A stretch of DNA of 48,449 bases from contig JBLKOL010000004.1 of the NCBI GenBank assembly GCA_047602765.1, positions 1 to 48,449 on the forward strand. The letters are read 5' to 3'. The notes below the pieces were generated by a model. That model was not told the DNA's origin. It ran no database searches and saw only the letters and a program-made list of their open reading frames with translations. The stretch is from Candidatus Woesearchaeota archaeon. Its GTDB lineage: Archaea > Nanobdellota > Nanobdellia > Woesearchaeales > WAPJ01. The position numbers and the translations under genes were made by a program. Of the stretch, positions 27,329-37,067 are shown piece after piece (positions within the stretch are counted from its first letter, which is position 1; each line of letters starts with the position of its first letter).

Positions 27329-27901
27329 TCAGCGCTGCGGCTCTCGCCATGCTATGATGCCAAAAATCACCATGCCTGTAGACCAGAATAAGAGCGGCAT
27401 GATGATCAGTCCCGGGAGCACTGAGTTCGGCGTGATCGAGAACGACACGAACGCGTTGCTGAACGCAGAGTAGGCGAGGTAGAGGAGGACGGGTACGGAC
27501 GAGCCGGTTACAGCATGGTATCCTCTTCGTTCGGCTAGGTCCGCGAACCAGATGCTCACGAGTATCGCAAGGATGAGTGGGATGGAAGGGAACGCGAGTG
27601 GGAATGCGAGCGGGGAGAGGAGGTAGACGGTGAAGGTTATGATCGTGATAAGCATCCACACCGGTTTTCGGGCGAGTGTGTGGATAAGGTAGAGGTTTGC
27701 GAACGGGACGAATGCGAGCCAGGGGTAGGGTTTCTTGGCGGCTTTTGCGATTGAGTAGAGCGCGAACGCCGTGTAGATGAATGTGACTAGAGTGATGAGT
27801 GCGAACACCTGAGTGGTGAGTATGAACGCTCGCATGTCGAACCCTGTGCTGCCGACACCCTGCGCGACCGCACTCATGAAACCGGTAGGTGAAGCGTCCA
27901 T
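27329..27901 (-). CDS. WLAFVP-motif membrane protein (DUF5684-like), paralog 6
   Basis: ALYSIAKAAKKPYPWLAFVPFANLYL, LAERRGY and a GIIAWRE C-terminus. Confidence 0.75.
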   Translation of the reverse strand: MDASPTGFMSAVAQGVGSTGFDMRAFILTTQVFALITLVTFIYTAFALYSIAKAAKKPYPWLAFVPFANLYLIHTLARKPVWMLITIITFTVYLLSPLAFPLAFPSIPLILAILVSIWFADLAERRGYHAVTGSSVPVLLYLAYSAFSNAFVSFSITPNSVLPGLIIMPLLFWSTGMVIFGIIAWREPQR

Positions 27902-27980
27902 AGCGCAGTTCTGTACGGCACTCAACTTAAACCTTACTGGCTACCGAACGGTTTATAGGAAGCGGTTGTACCCGCGTTCT

Positions 27981-29351
27981 GTGCAATACGATTCCACGCT
28001 CGTCGTCTTCCGACGTGACCTACGCCTCGAAGATAATACGGCGCTCAACGAAGCGCTCGAGCACTCCGAGCGGGTCTCGTGCGTGTTCATCCTCGACCCG
28101 CGCCAAGCGGACCCTCAAAGAAATCCGTACTTCTCGGCGAACGCCTTCGCCTTCATGGTCGAGTCTCTCATCGAAATCGATGAAGAGCTTCAATCGAGAG
28201 GTGCGCGTTTCGCGGTGTTCGAAGGACGCGCTGATGAGGTGATCGCTCAGCTCCTCGAAGCGCACTGCTTCGATGCGCTCTTCGTGAACCGTGATGTGAC
28301 GCCGTTCTCCGAAGCGCGCGATGGTGCGATCGCTGCGGTGTGCGAAGGTGCGGGCTGCGCGTTTCACTCATGCGATGATGTCATGCTCAATCCTCCTGGT
28401 TCGATCCTCACCAGTGGTGATCCGTACCGTGTCTTCACGCCGTACTGGAAGCGGGCACGCGAGATTCCGATCCGCGAGCCGAGGACTTCCGTCGGCGCGT
28501 TCTTCTCGCTCGAAGCATTGAGACCTAGAGCGATTCCCGTCCCCACAGCAGGTCCTGATCGTTCGATCAGAGGAGGACGCAGAAACGCACTGCGCATCCT
28601 CGAAACGCTCGACTCACTCGCAGAGTACGCGAAGCAACGCGACATACCATCGGAACATTCTACGAGCAGGCTCTCAGCACACCTCAAGTTCGGAACGATC
28701 AGCATCCGCGAAGCGATAACCGCCAGCCGGCGAAGCTTTGGCGAAGACCACGAGCTCGAACGACAGCTCTACTGGCGCGACTTCTACCATCAGATCCTCT
28801 TCCACAATCCGGGTGTACTCGGTCGTGAATTCGATCCTTCATACTCTGGGGGTATTGCGTGGAGCGAACCGGGTGAGCGTTTCGAAGCATGGAAGCACGG
28901 ACGAACAGGGTTCCCGATCGTCGATGCGGGTATGCGCGAACTCCTCGCGACGGGGTGGATGCACAACCGTGTGCGGATGATCACAGCCTCATTTCTCACG
29001 AAGGACTTGCACATCGACTGGCGTGAGGGCGAACGGTACTTCGCACAGCACCTTGTCGACTATGATCCGGCCAACAACAATGGGGGGTGGCAGTGGGCGT
29101 CTTCGACCGGTGCTGATGCGGCTCCGTACTTCCGTATCTTCAATCCGTGGCTCCAGCAGAAGAAGTTCGATCCCGACGCCGTCTATATCAAGCGTTGGGT
29201 GCCTGAACTCTCGGATCTCGATGCGAACACCATCCATGCGCTCGAAACCCGACGCCCTGATGGGCTCGCATATCCTGAGCCGATCGTCGATCACGGTGTT
29301 GAACGCGCAGAAGCATTGGCGCGTTACCGGGCGGCGAAGCACAACGGATAA
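27981..29351 (+). CDS. phrB: Deoxyribodipyrimidine (CPD class I) photolyase
   Basis: FRRDLRLEDN, TSRLSAHLKFG, QLYWRDFY, TGFPIVDAGMREL, MHNRVRM and NNGGWQW motifs; GTG start at 27981. Confidence 0.95.
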   Translation: MQYDSTLVVFRRDLRLEDNTALNEALEHSERVSCVFILDPRQADPQRNPYFSANAFAFMVESLIEIDEELQSRGARFAVFEGRADEVIAQLLEAHCFDALFVNRDVTPFSEARDGAIAAVCEGAGCAFHSCDDVMLNPPGSILTSGDPYRVFTPYWKRAREIPIREPRTSVGAFFSLEALRPRAIPVPTAGPDRSIRGGRRNALRILETLDSLAEYAKQRDIPSEHSTSRLSAHLKFGTISIREAITASRRSFGEDHELERQLYWRDFYHQILFHNPGVLGREFDPSYSGGIAWSEPGERFEAWKHGRTGFPIVDAGMRELLATGWMHNRVRMITASFLTKDLHIDWREGERYFAQHLVDYDPANNNGGWQWASSTGADAAPYFRIFNPWLQQKKFDPDAVYIKRWVPELSDLDANTIHALETRRPDGLAYPEPIVDHGVERAEALARYRAAKHNG

Positions 29352-29376
29352 AAGGAGACAGCGTGGTCATCACCGT

Positions 29377-29925
29377 ATGAATATCGTCATCCTCGGACCG
29401 CAGGGTTCGGGTAAAGGCACCCAAGCGAAACTTATCGCCGAATACTTCGGACTCACGCACGTAGATATGGGCGCACAGTTGCGTCAGGTCGCTGCCGAAG
29501 ACTCCGATAGGGGAAAGCGCATCCGCGAGATCATGGACGTCGGAGACCTCGTACCGATCGAACTTACCGTCGAGATCTTCTCCGAAGCGCTCAGTAAGCC
29601 CGATAAGGGATTCGTCATCGAGGGATTCCCTCGCACCCAAGAACAGCTTGCGGCGATCAAGGATCGTATCTCCTTCGATCTCGCGGTCTTCATAGACGTC
29701 TCGGACGAGGAGTCGATGAAGCGCATCATCAAACGCGTCGAACTCGAAGGCCGGAGCGACGATACGCCTGAGGCGATCGCACGTCGTCTTGAGATCTACC
29801 ATACGCAAACCGAACTCCTCTTACGCGACTATACCGATCAGGGTATTCTCGTCCGCATCGACGGCGAGCAGACGCCCGAAGAGGTCTTCGCTGATATCAG
29901 GGATGCGATCGAAGACGTGCAGTGA
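29377..29925 (+). CDS. adk: Adenylate kinase (bacterial-type, short LID)
   Basis: GPQGSGKGTQA P-loop, GDLVP, EGFPRT and GRSDD motifs. Confidence 0.9.
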   Translation: MNIVILGPQGSGKGTQAKLIAEYFGLTHVDMGAQLRQVAAEDSDRGKRIREIMDVGDLVPIELTVEIFSEALSKPDKGFVIEGFPRTQEQLAAIKDRISFDLAVFIDVSDEESMKRIIKRVELEGRSDDTPEAIARRLEIYHTQTELLLRDYTDQGILVRIDGEQTPEEVFADIRDAIEDVQ

Positions 29926-31048
29926 GCGCTTCGAGCACGACCGTCGCATAGCTTCCTTTCGGTAGTGTGAACGAAACGACGAGCTCGTCGTCGAGTTCGA
30001 AGCGTTCGAATACGACCCGTACGAGCGAGGCGCGTTCTACGGGTTCGAACATGAGATCAGGCATCTGCCGTATCGCGAACGAGCGCGGCGAGATGTCGAG
30101 CATCTGTAAGAGCCGCTCTTGAGTTTCGTTGGGTTCTGCTCCGAGCGATACGATCGGGATGGTATCGGGAAGGTCATAGCGGCTCGCATAGACGCGTTCG
30201 TCAGCGAGTCGCGCGAGCGCTCCGATTCGCTCGTCGTTCGGGGCTGCTTCAAGTCGTCCGATTACTCCGGGTTCGATGTGTTCGATGAGTTCGACGTTGT
30301 AAAGAGCTGACTGGAAGGCTGAGATGTAGAACATGCGCTTTCGACGCGAGATCCTCCGCACGAACGAGAGCGGATCCTCATCGGAGTTCGAGAGGAGCGT
30401 GTCGCGTACGAACTCGTAGTCTCCTCTGAGCAGTGCGTATCCGATCGAGGGGTTCTCGCGGTTTCGTCCGAAGCGTTGCGATCCGAAATAGTTTGGTACG
30501 AGAGCCTCCCCTTCTTCGCGATACCGACTGAGAACGGCTCTCTCATCATCCGTGATCGTTGCGCGTATCACGAACCGGTTCGCGTAGAGCGTTCCGATCG
30601 TCATTCTCCGCGGAGTCGAGCCGAGGAGTTCGAGCGTCGCTTCGCCTGTCATGGTAGGGAGTGCGATGATCAGGGGTTCGCTCTCTGCGTCGCTCTTCGC
30701 GGCGTCACGAACGGTGGTTCGAGCACTGTGTTTCGGCTGGCTCGGAGAATCACTGTTCTGATCCTCCGATGGTCCTACGAACGAGTCGCGGATGCGAACG
30801 GCGTTTGGGAGTGTGAGCAGTTGTGTCGTGATGGCTCGGCGGTCTTTGATGCCTCCGATGCCTACGTCTGATTCGGGAAGAACGAAGCGTTTGGTGATCG
30901 CTCGTACGAGGTCGAAGTGAGCGCAGTCGCGTTTGCATGCGCGGACGACGAGGTAGCGTTCTGAGAAGTCTCTCTTCATCGAGCGTTCGAATCCTTCGGT
31001 GGGGATCTCTTCGACGACGAAATCTTCAGGCTGCGCTTTAAGGTTCAT
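29897..31048 (-). CDS. truD: tRNA pseudouridine(13) synthase
   Basis: PEDFVVEE, GIKDRRAITTQ, NRF, PNYFGSQRFG and FTLPKGSYATV motifs. Confidence 0.93.
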   Translation of the reverse strand: MNLKAQPEDFVVEEIPTEGFERSMKRDFSERYLVVRACKRDCAHFDLVRAITKRFVLPESDVGIGGIKDRRAITTQLLTLPNAVRIRDSFVGPSEDQNSDSPSQPKHSARTTVRDAAKSDAESEPLIIALPTMTGEATLELLGSTPRRMTIGTLYANRFVIRATITDDERAVLSRYREEGEALVPNYFGSQRFGRNRENPSIGYALLRGDYEFVRDTLLSNSDEDPLSFVRRISRRKRMFYISAFQSALYNVELIEHIEPGVIGRLEAAPNDERIGALARLADERVYASRYDLPDTIPIVSLGAEPNETQERLLQMLDISPRSFAIRQMPDLMFEPVERASLVRVVFERFELDDELVVSFTLPKGSYATVVLEALTARLRSHP

Positions 31049-31370
31049 CTACGTACGCTCGTGTGTAGGCAGTATCCTGTTCGATCTGATTGATGGTCCG
31101 TATAGCGGAAGCTATCTCGCTCTGAGCATACTTTAAGCCGAAGCCGCTAGCTACTGCAGACCCTAACGCTGCTGTGATCATTACCGCTTCGAGCCATCCT
31201 TCGAGAGGAGAGAATCCGAACGCACCGAGTACGCCGGCGCCAGTAGAGACGCTTGCCCCGAAAACCCAGTTCGCTCGAACTTCACGCATGTAGTTGAGGT
31301 CCTCATAGAGCGAATCGAGGTTCAAATCATGAGTATCGCCTCTACTCTCATACGTTCCTGATGCGGTCAT
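31038..31370 (-). CDS. Small hypothetical membrane protein
   Basis: Two hydrophobic segments; overlaps the truD start. ATG 31370 fits the TATA box shared with tRNA-Arg. Confidence 0.55.
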   Translation of the reverse strand: MTASGTYESRGDTHDLNLDSLYEDLNYMREVRANWVFGASVSTGAGVLGAFGFSPLEGWLEAVMITAALGSAVASGFGLKYAQSEIASAIRTINQIEQDTAYTRAYVDEP

Positions 31371-31423
31371 ACGAGCGAGGAATCCGAGTAGCTTAAAAAC
31401 CACGTGTTCGGTCACCCGAACAT

Positions 31424-31498
31424 GACCCCGTGGCCCAGTCTGGATACGGCGAGAGCCTCCTAAGCTCTAGATCCCGGGTTCGAATCCCGGCGGGGTCG
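31424..31498 (+). tRNA. trnR: tRNA-Arg(CCT)
   Basis: Acceptor stem GACCCCG/CGGGGTC; anticodon arm AGAGC-CTCCTAA-GCTCT; T-arm GGTTCGAATCC. Confidence 0.93.
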
Positions 31499-33175
31499 TT
31501 ACAGTTCGCGTACGAGTCGTATGATGAGTGTTCCTATGACGAGCAGGAGCGTCCAGGCTCCGAGTATGATCCAGTCGTTCCCCGGTATGGTTCCGCCGTA
31601 GAAGATCGCGCGGTCGAAGGCGTTGAGTCCGATCGAGATGGGGTTGATCTGTGAGAGCGATGCAGCCCATTCGCTCATGCGTTCGATCGGCAGTATGAAT
31701 CCCGATGAGAACAGCGTCGCTATGAGCGCGAACATGGCTACGATCACCGACATGGATTCCGACCAGACGACGTGCACGATGAGTATGCCTATGAGTGAGA
31801 GCACGACGAGTATCATGAAGAGCAATCCTGCGAAGGTCGTCATGTTCTCGATGGGTATGTGGAAGAGGTAGATGCCGATTCCGAGTACGATTCCGATCAT
31901 CACGCTTGAGACGAGTACGGTTGCGATGATCATAGCGAAGAAATCCTTATACCATGATCCGTCTACGAGTCTGAGACGTAGGTGTGCGGGTGTGGTGATG
32001 TGGGTGAGCATCATGAACGAAGAGAGCAGGATTCCGAAGAAGAGTACGACGAGCATGAGCAGTGATGGGAACATCGTTTGGAGCATGAGAACGCTCAATC
32101 CGTCGAAGTGTTCGTATTCGGCTCGTACGTCTACGTCGGGAACGTATGAGGGGATGTTCGAGAGTCGGACCGAGTCGACGAGGATGGTGCCTTCAAGTAC
32201 CGTTTCGAGTTCCATGCTCATCTGATGAGCCGTGCGTGCCATCGAATCGAGGTCCGAACCGAATCCTCCGAGTTCGATGTTGAACGCTGCAAGGCCTTGT
32301 TCGTGTTCCGAGATCCGAGCGATCATATGGTTCGCCTGATGGGACCGCAAATCGTACTGGTCGATCTGGTTGTCGAGCGTATTGAGTCGTCTCACCGTTC
32401 TCCGATCGTAGTCTGTGAGATCGGTGTGTGCCTGGTTGACGAACGCCTGCACATGGTGCGTACTGACGTTCATCGACTCGAGCAGGGCGAGTTGGTGTCC
32501 GATCTGTGTGAGCGTCGATCGTATCTCATTCACGTTACGGTGGTGTTCCGATCTCATTTCGCTCGTTTCGCTGCGCGCACGTGCGACGTCCTGATCGATC
32601 TGTGCGATCATCGTCGTGAGTTCTCTTCGTGATGCTGAGAGCTCGTCGCGGAGCGCTGAGATGTCTTCTTGGTATGACTCGATCTGTCCCTTATGTTGTT
32701 CGGATTCCTCTGATAAAGATAGGAGGTAGTCGTCGACGCTTCCGAGCGATTCGAACAAGTGACTCGCCGCCTCGCTCGTACGTGCCCGTTCGACGCTTCT
32801 GAGTGTTTGTTCGACGCGTGTGACGATCTCCCAGATCACCGGTTCTCGTGTGTTATCGAAGAATACTTCGAAGATTACTTGGTCGTCTCCATACACGTTC
32901 ATGCAGACATATTCGTTGCCGGTCCGCATACGCATAAGACATGCTTCGACATCATCGTATGAGGTGAGTTCGAGCCATTCGAAGAGTTCGTTCGCTTCGT
33001 CCTGTGTGATCCCTGAGTCGATCGCGATTCCTCCAGGGACTTGTTTGAGGCCTTCAGGGTTGAAGCTGAGGAATATGAAGAATATGAGGATGATCGGAAG
33101 TACGAAGAGGATGAGCAGCGTCCGTCTGGATCTGAGAAACGATTTGAGGGTTGCGAGGACGACGGGAAGGATCAT
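31499..33175 (-). CDS. ABC-2 type permease with a long extracellular coiled-coil insert (YhgE/Pip-like architecture)
   Basis: N-terminal TM, a ~200-aa helical heptad region and C-terminal TMs with SGFILPIERM...NP. Confidence 0.8.
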   Translation of the reverse strand: MILPVVLATLKSFLRSRRTLLILFVLPIILIFFIFLSFNPEGLKQVPGGIAIDSGITQDEANELFEWLELTSYDDVEACLMRMRTGNEYVCMNVYGDDQVIFEVFFDNTREPVIWEIVTRVEQTLRSVERARTSEAASHLFESLGSVDDYLLSLSEESEQHKGQIESYQEDISALRDELSASRRELTTMIAQIDQDVARARSETSEMRSEHHRNVNEIRSTLTQIGHQLALLESMNVSTHHVQAFVNQAHTDLTDYDRRTVRRLNTLDNQIDQYDLRSHQANHMIARISEHEQGLAAFNIELGGFGSDLDSMARTAHQMSMELETVLEGTILVDSVRLSNIPSYVPDVDVRAEYEHFDGLSVLMLQTMFPSLLMLVVLFFGILLSSFMMLTHITTPAHLRLRLVDGSWYKDFFAMIIATVLVSSVMIGIVLGIGIYLFHIPIENMTTFAGLLFMILVVLSLIGILIVHVVWSESMSVIVAMFALIATLFSSGFILPIERMSEWAASLSQINPISIGLNAFDRAIFYGGTIPGNDWIILGAWTLLLVIGTLIIRLVREL

Positions 33176-33846
33176 CGCTTCTCGCCTCTAAACACCGCGC
33201 GTAGCTCGTCTTTCTCGATCCGGTGAACCGTCTGGTTCGCTACGAGTGCGAAGTGTGTTGCGTACCGTTCGAGATCTTCGATGAGGTGTGATGAGATCAT
33301 GATCGAAGACCCTGCTTGTGCGATCTCGTTGAGGAACTCCCAGAGGAACGAGCGCAGTTGCGGGTCGAGTCCGGTGAACGGTTCGTCGAGCACGAGCACG
33401 CGCGGCATGTGGATGAGTCCCACGGCGAGATCCGCACGGCGACGCATGCCTCCTGAGAGTTGGTTGATGCGTTTGTGTTCGTGTCCTTCGAGTTCGAGCC
33501 TGCCGAGGATGACCTTCGTCCGTCGTTTGATCTCGCTTCTGCGTACACCGTAGATGCGCCCGAATACCGTGAGGTTCTCAACCACCGAGAGGTACTCCCA
33601 CAGAGCGCTCGACTGGGGCACGAATCCGAGTTCTGACATGTGGTTGTGTACGGGTGAGCCGTCGATGAGCACACGACCCTTACGCGGATGGTGGAGTCCG
33701 ACGATCGTCTCGATCATCGTGGTCTTTCCTGATCCTGAGCGTCCGAGCACGCCGAGGATCGATCGCTCCTCGACGAAAAGGTCGTTACAGTCGACGGTGA
33801 ACGTTCCTTTTCCCGCGACCAACCCATCCGTTTCGAGGACCGTCAT
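33172..33846 (-). CDS. ABC transporter ATP-binding protein
   Basis: GRSGSGKTT, LSGGMRRR, LVLDEP and SSH motifs. Confidence 0.93.
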   Translation of the reverse strand: MTVLETDGLVAGKGTFTVDCNDLFVEERSILGVLGRSGSGKTTMIETIVGLHHPRKGRVLIDGSPVHNHMSELGFVPQSSALWEYLSVVENLTVFGRIYGVRRSEIKRRTKVILGRLELEGHEHKRINQLSGGMRRRADLAVGLIHMPRVLVLDEPFTGLDPQLRSFLWEFLNEIAQAGSSIMISSHLIEDLERYATHFALVANQTVHRIEKDELRAVFRGEKR

Positions 33847-33930
33847 ACCATGATTTCCCGGAACCGGTTTTAAGAAGGTATGTCTGACTTTGACCATACA
33901 CTTTTGAAGAGATGCCGTCTCGAACGCTCC

Positions 33931-34317
33931 ATGAATCGAGCGAACCGTCAAGCGATCATCCTCGGCTTTGTCATCGTAGCCATCATAGCTCTCGCCATGT
34001 ACGGCCTGCCCCAGTACCGCGTGTACTCGCAAGAGCTCGCCGGCAAGGCGCAGCTGCGCGAAGCCGATTGGAACCGTCAGATCCAGATCCGAGAAGCCGA
34101 AGCGGCTCGTGAGAGTGCGAGGCTCCTCGCTGAGGCAGAAGTCGAACGCGCGCGCGGTGTTGCTGAGGCGAACCTGATCATCGGGGATTCTCTCAAGGAC
34201 AACGAAGCGTACCTGCGCTACTTGTTCATCCAGAGCCTGAAGACGAGCGATAGCGACGTCATCTACATTCCGACTGAGGCGGGTCTGCCGATCCTCGAAG
34301 CAGGGCGACTCGGATGA
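33931..34317 (+). CDS. Small single-TM coiled-coil protein resembling the C-terminal part of SPFH/band-7 proteins
   Basis: TM helix, AEAEVERARGVAEAN coiled coil and YLRYL...VIYIPTEAGLPILEA tail. Confidence 0.7.
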   Translation: MNRANRQAIILGFVIVAIIALAMYGLPQYRVYSQELAGKAQLREADWNRQIQIREAEAARESARLLAEAEVERARGVAEANLIIGDSLKDNEAYLRYLFIQSLKTSDSDVIYIPTEAGLPILEAGRLG

Positions 34318-35471
34318 GCGAGCGCATACTCGAGCTCGCGCTCAAAACGCTTCGTGCATGTGAAGGATCCGATTCGGTCGTTGCCGGCCGGCGTCACTTC
34401 GCACAGTACTGGCTGCGTGATGCGTGCTTTGCGCACTGGGGTCATCTGGCGCTCTCAGAACACGATGTCGTCGAACGTGCTTTGACGCTCTTCACTTCCG
34501 GTGTCAACGGAGGACACCTTCCGCTCCGCTATGGGAGTTGGAGCATGTTCGTTGCGCTCTCACGAGACGTGCTCTCAGGGTTCACCGCATACCGCGATAA
34601 GGACCCGGTACTCATCGCACGATACCAGGATGACAAGGGGTGGGCTGAGGTGATCGATTCGACGCCGCTGCTCGTCATACTCGCTGGCTTGTGCGCGTTG
34701 AGCGGGGGTCGCACGATCGATTATGAAGCGCTCCACCGCGCGATGGACACGATCGCGAAACGGGAACGCTTCGGACTGCTCTCGCAACGCCCGTACGCCG
34801 ACTGGTGTGACAGCGTCAAACGGCGCGGGTACGTCACGTATACGAACGCCCTCTACTATGCGGCTCTACGGGTGATGAGCCTGCTCGCTCCTGATGACCG
34901 GCGCGACTCGTACGCTCAGAAGGCTGTCGAGGTACGTGCGTTGATCAACGAACGGCTCTGGATCCGATCACACTACGCAGAGTACTATGAGGATGAGCGT
35001 TTCGACCAGTTCTCGGTGGAATCGAACTTCTTGTGCGTGCTCTTCGGGATCGCCGATGAGCGTCAGACGCGGCTCATCTTCGCATCGTTCGACCGCCATC
35101 CCGAACTGCTCGAATACATCGGACGCCGCGTTGCGCAGCGTTATCCTCCTTCGGAAGTGTCGTTGCGATTGCGGCTTGTGGGCATGCGAGACTACCATGA
35201 TCGGATGCAGTGGATCTGGACGACCGGACTCGTGCTCCTCGCCGACCGTCAATGCAACGGTTCGTCTCGTACGCCTGCTATCATCGAACGCCTCGAGAGG
35301 CTCCTTGAAGGATCCGAATGGGTGAGTGAGGTGTATGCCGATAACAAGCCGTTCAAGACGTTGCTCTACAAGAGCGAAGAACCCTTCGCCTGGAGCGCGG
35401 GCATGCTCATCGCCGGTCTCACTGAGAACCGCGACTTGGACGCTGCCTTCGCGAAGATCAGGGGCGTGTGA
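34314..35471 (+). CDS. Six-hairpin glycosidase (amylo-alpha-1,6-glucosidase/invertase-like)
   Basis: AGRRHFAQYWLRD, IDSTPL, DWCDS, NALYY, DYH..W.W and PFAWSAG motifs. Confidence 0.75.
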   Translation: MSERILELALKTLRACEGSDSVVAGRRHFAQYWLRDACFAHWGHLALSEHDVVERALTLFTSGVNGGHLPLRYGSWSMFVALSRDVLSGFTAYRDKDPVLIARYQDDKGWAEVIDSTPLLVILAGLCALSGGRTIDYEALHRAMDTIAKRERFGLLSQRPYADWCDSVKRRGYVTYTNALYYAALRVMSLLAPDDRRDSYAQKAVEVRALINERLWIRSHYAEYYEDERFDQFSVESNFLCVLFGIADERQTRLIFASFDRHPELLEYIGRRVAQRYPPSEVSLRLRLVGMRDYHDRMQWIWTTGLVLLADRQCNGSSRTPAIIERLERLLEGSEWVSEVYADNKPFKTLLYKSEEPFAWSAGMLIAGLTENRDLDAAFAKIRGV

Positions 35472-35536
35472 ATCGCCTGCACTGCTCGATGTCGAGCCAT
35501 TGTGATGACAAGGCCTTTTAACGAAGATTCGTACCT

Positions 35537-36409
35537 ATGAGCATGGAACACAAGGTGCTCGCAGGCTCGGTTCGGATTCCGGTCATCGGACTGGGAACCT
35601 GGGGCGTCGGGGGCTTTTGGGATTCTGATGGTTCGAGGGATGACCAAGCGGTATACACTATCAGAACCGCTCTCGACCTCGGCTATTCGCATATCGATAC
35701 GGCAGAGGTGTACGCCTCAGGGCACGCAGAAGAACTCGTCGGCGAAGCGATCCGTGGATACGAACGATCGCGCCTTCTTATCACGAGCAAAGTCGGCAAG
35801 AAGAACCTCGCACATGACGATGTCATCGCATCCTGTACGAAGAGCCTTACACGACTCGCAACACCTTACATCGACGTGTATCTCATCCACGCTCCGAATC
35901 CTGACGTGCCGCTCGAAGAGACGATGCGTGCGATGGATGTTCTCGTTGAGCACGGTATGGTTCGGTACATCGGCGTGAGCAACTTCTCGGTCGGACAGAT
36001 GCGAGAAGCTCAGCGGTATTCGAAGAACCGTATCGTTGTGAACTAGATACCCTACAACCTCGCGACGAGAAAAACCGATCTGCATCGCACGAGCAAGAAG
36101 CTCGGGAGCCTGACCGGTATGGAATCTGAGATCATTCCGTACTGCCAGGAGAACGACATCATCGTGATGGCATACCGTCCGATCGAACGCGGATTCTTGC
36201 TCCAGCCACATAGTACACTCGATCGGATCTGTGAGAAGTACGGCAAGACGAAGGCTCAGATCGCGCTCAACTGGCTCATCGCAAAAAAGAACGTCATCGC
36301 TATTCCCAAGTCCCTCGATGCAGATCACCTCGAAGAGAATCTGGGTGCTGTCGGATGGCGCTTGGATGATGAGGATATCGCTGTCTTGGACGCGCTCAGG
36401 TTCGAATAG
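35537..36409 (+). pseudogene. Aldo/keto reductase interrupted by a single in-frame TAG (36044-36046)
   Basis: GLGTWG, IDTAEVY, YLIHAP and IGVSNF, then N*IPYNL (usually NQ..Y), continuing in frame through AQIALNW and IPKS to TAG 36409. Confidence 0.8.
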
Positions 36410-36441
36410 GAAGGCGCTTTGGTAATCTGGAACTCAGAACC

Positions 36442-37044
36442 TCATACGCCTTCCCACTTGCGGTGGATGAGTTGGTCTTGTCCGAATACGGATCCGTGCG
36501 AGTCGAGGTATGATTTTGCGAGGTCGTGCACTTCTTTGGCCTTGCTGTAGCAGTAGGCGCTGATCTGTTCGTTGACTTCGCTCGTGTAGCGTCCGAAGAA
36601 CGGCCGTTTGATGCGTCTGAGGAAGGGACTCTCATCGAAGGCTTTACTCTTAAGGAGTTCTACAGAGGGTCTGATGAACATGTTGAACTCGCCCGATTCT
36701 CCTTTGACTTTCCTATCTCCGATGCGTCGCTCTTCGATCTTGCCACCGAGCAGTACGAATTCGACTTGCATCTTCATGCGGAAGTTCGTGTTCCAATACG
36801 GCTTGTACCACTCCCAGAGGATCGTGATGTCGTAGAATCCTCCTCCGGTTTCGCGGTGGATGTAGTAGATCTCGAAGAACTGCGCTCCGGTAGGGCCGGT
36901 TCCGCTCTTCCCGTACTGGTCTTGCCAGTTGTTCTCGCAGTACCATTTGTGCAGGACGCGGTAGAGCGGCTTGAACACGAAGAGGTCTTTGTACGTCAGG
37001 CGGAACTCTTCGAGTTTGAGCTTGACGTTCTCCGGCTTGGCCAT
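36442..37044 (-). CDS. Hypothetical protein co-oriented downstream of recJ and rps15
   Basis: Clean 200-aa aromatic-rich ORF with typical codon usage. Confidence 0.7.
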   Translation of the reverse strand: MAKPENVKLKLEEFRLTYKDLFVFKPLYRVLHKWYCENNWQDQYGKSGTGPTGAQFFEIYYIHRETGGGFYDITILWEWYKPYWNTNFRMKMQVEFVLLGGKIEERRIGDRKVKGESGEFNMFIRPSVELLKSKAFDESPFLRRIKRPFFGRYTSEVNEQISAYCYSKAKEVHDLAKSYLDSHGSVFGQDQLIHRKWEGV

Positions 37045-37067
37045 ACGCCGCCTACGCGCTCCGGCGT

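Noticed and set aside
13650-36409. Genome-wide stop-codon reassignment explaining the in-frame stops
   Set aside because: The interruptions use TAA, TAG and TGA, and all three also terminate conserved genes at expected positions (rpl40e and rps15 TAG, eno TGA, dys TAA).
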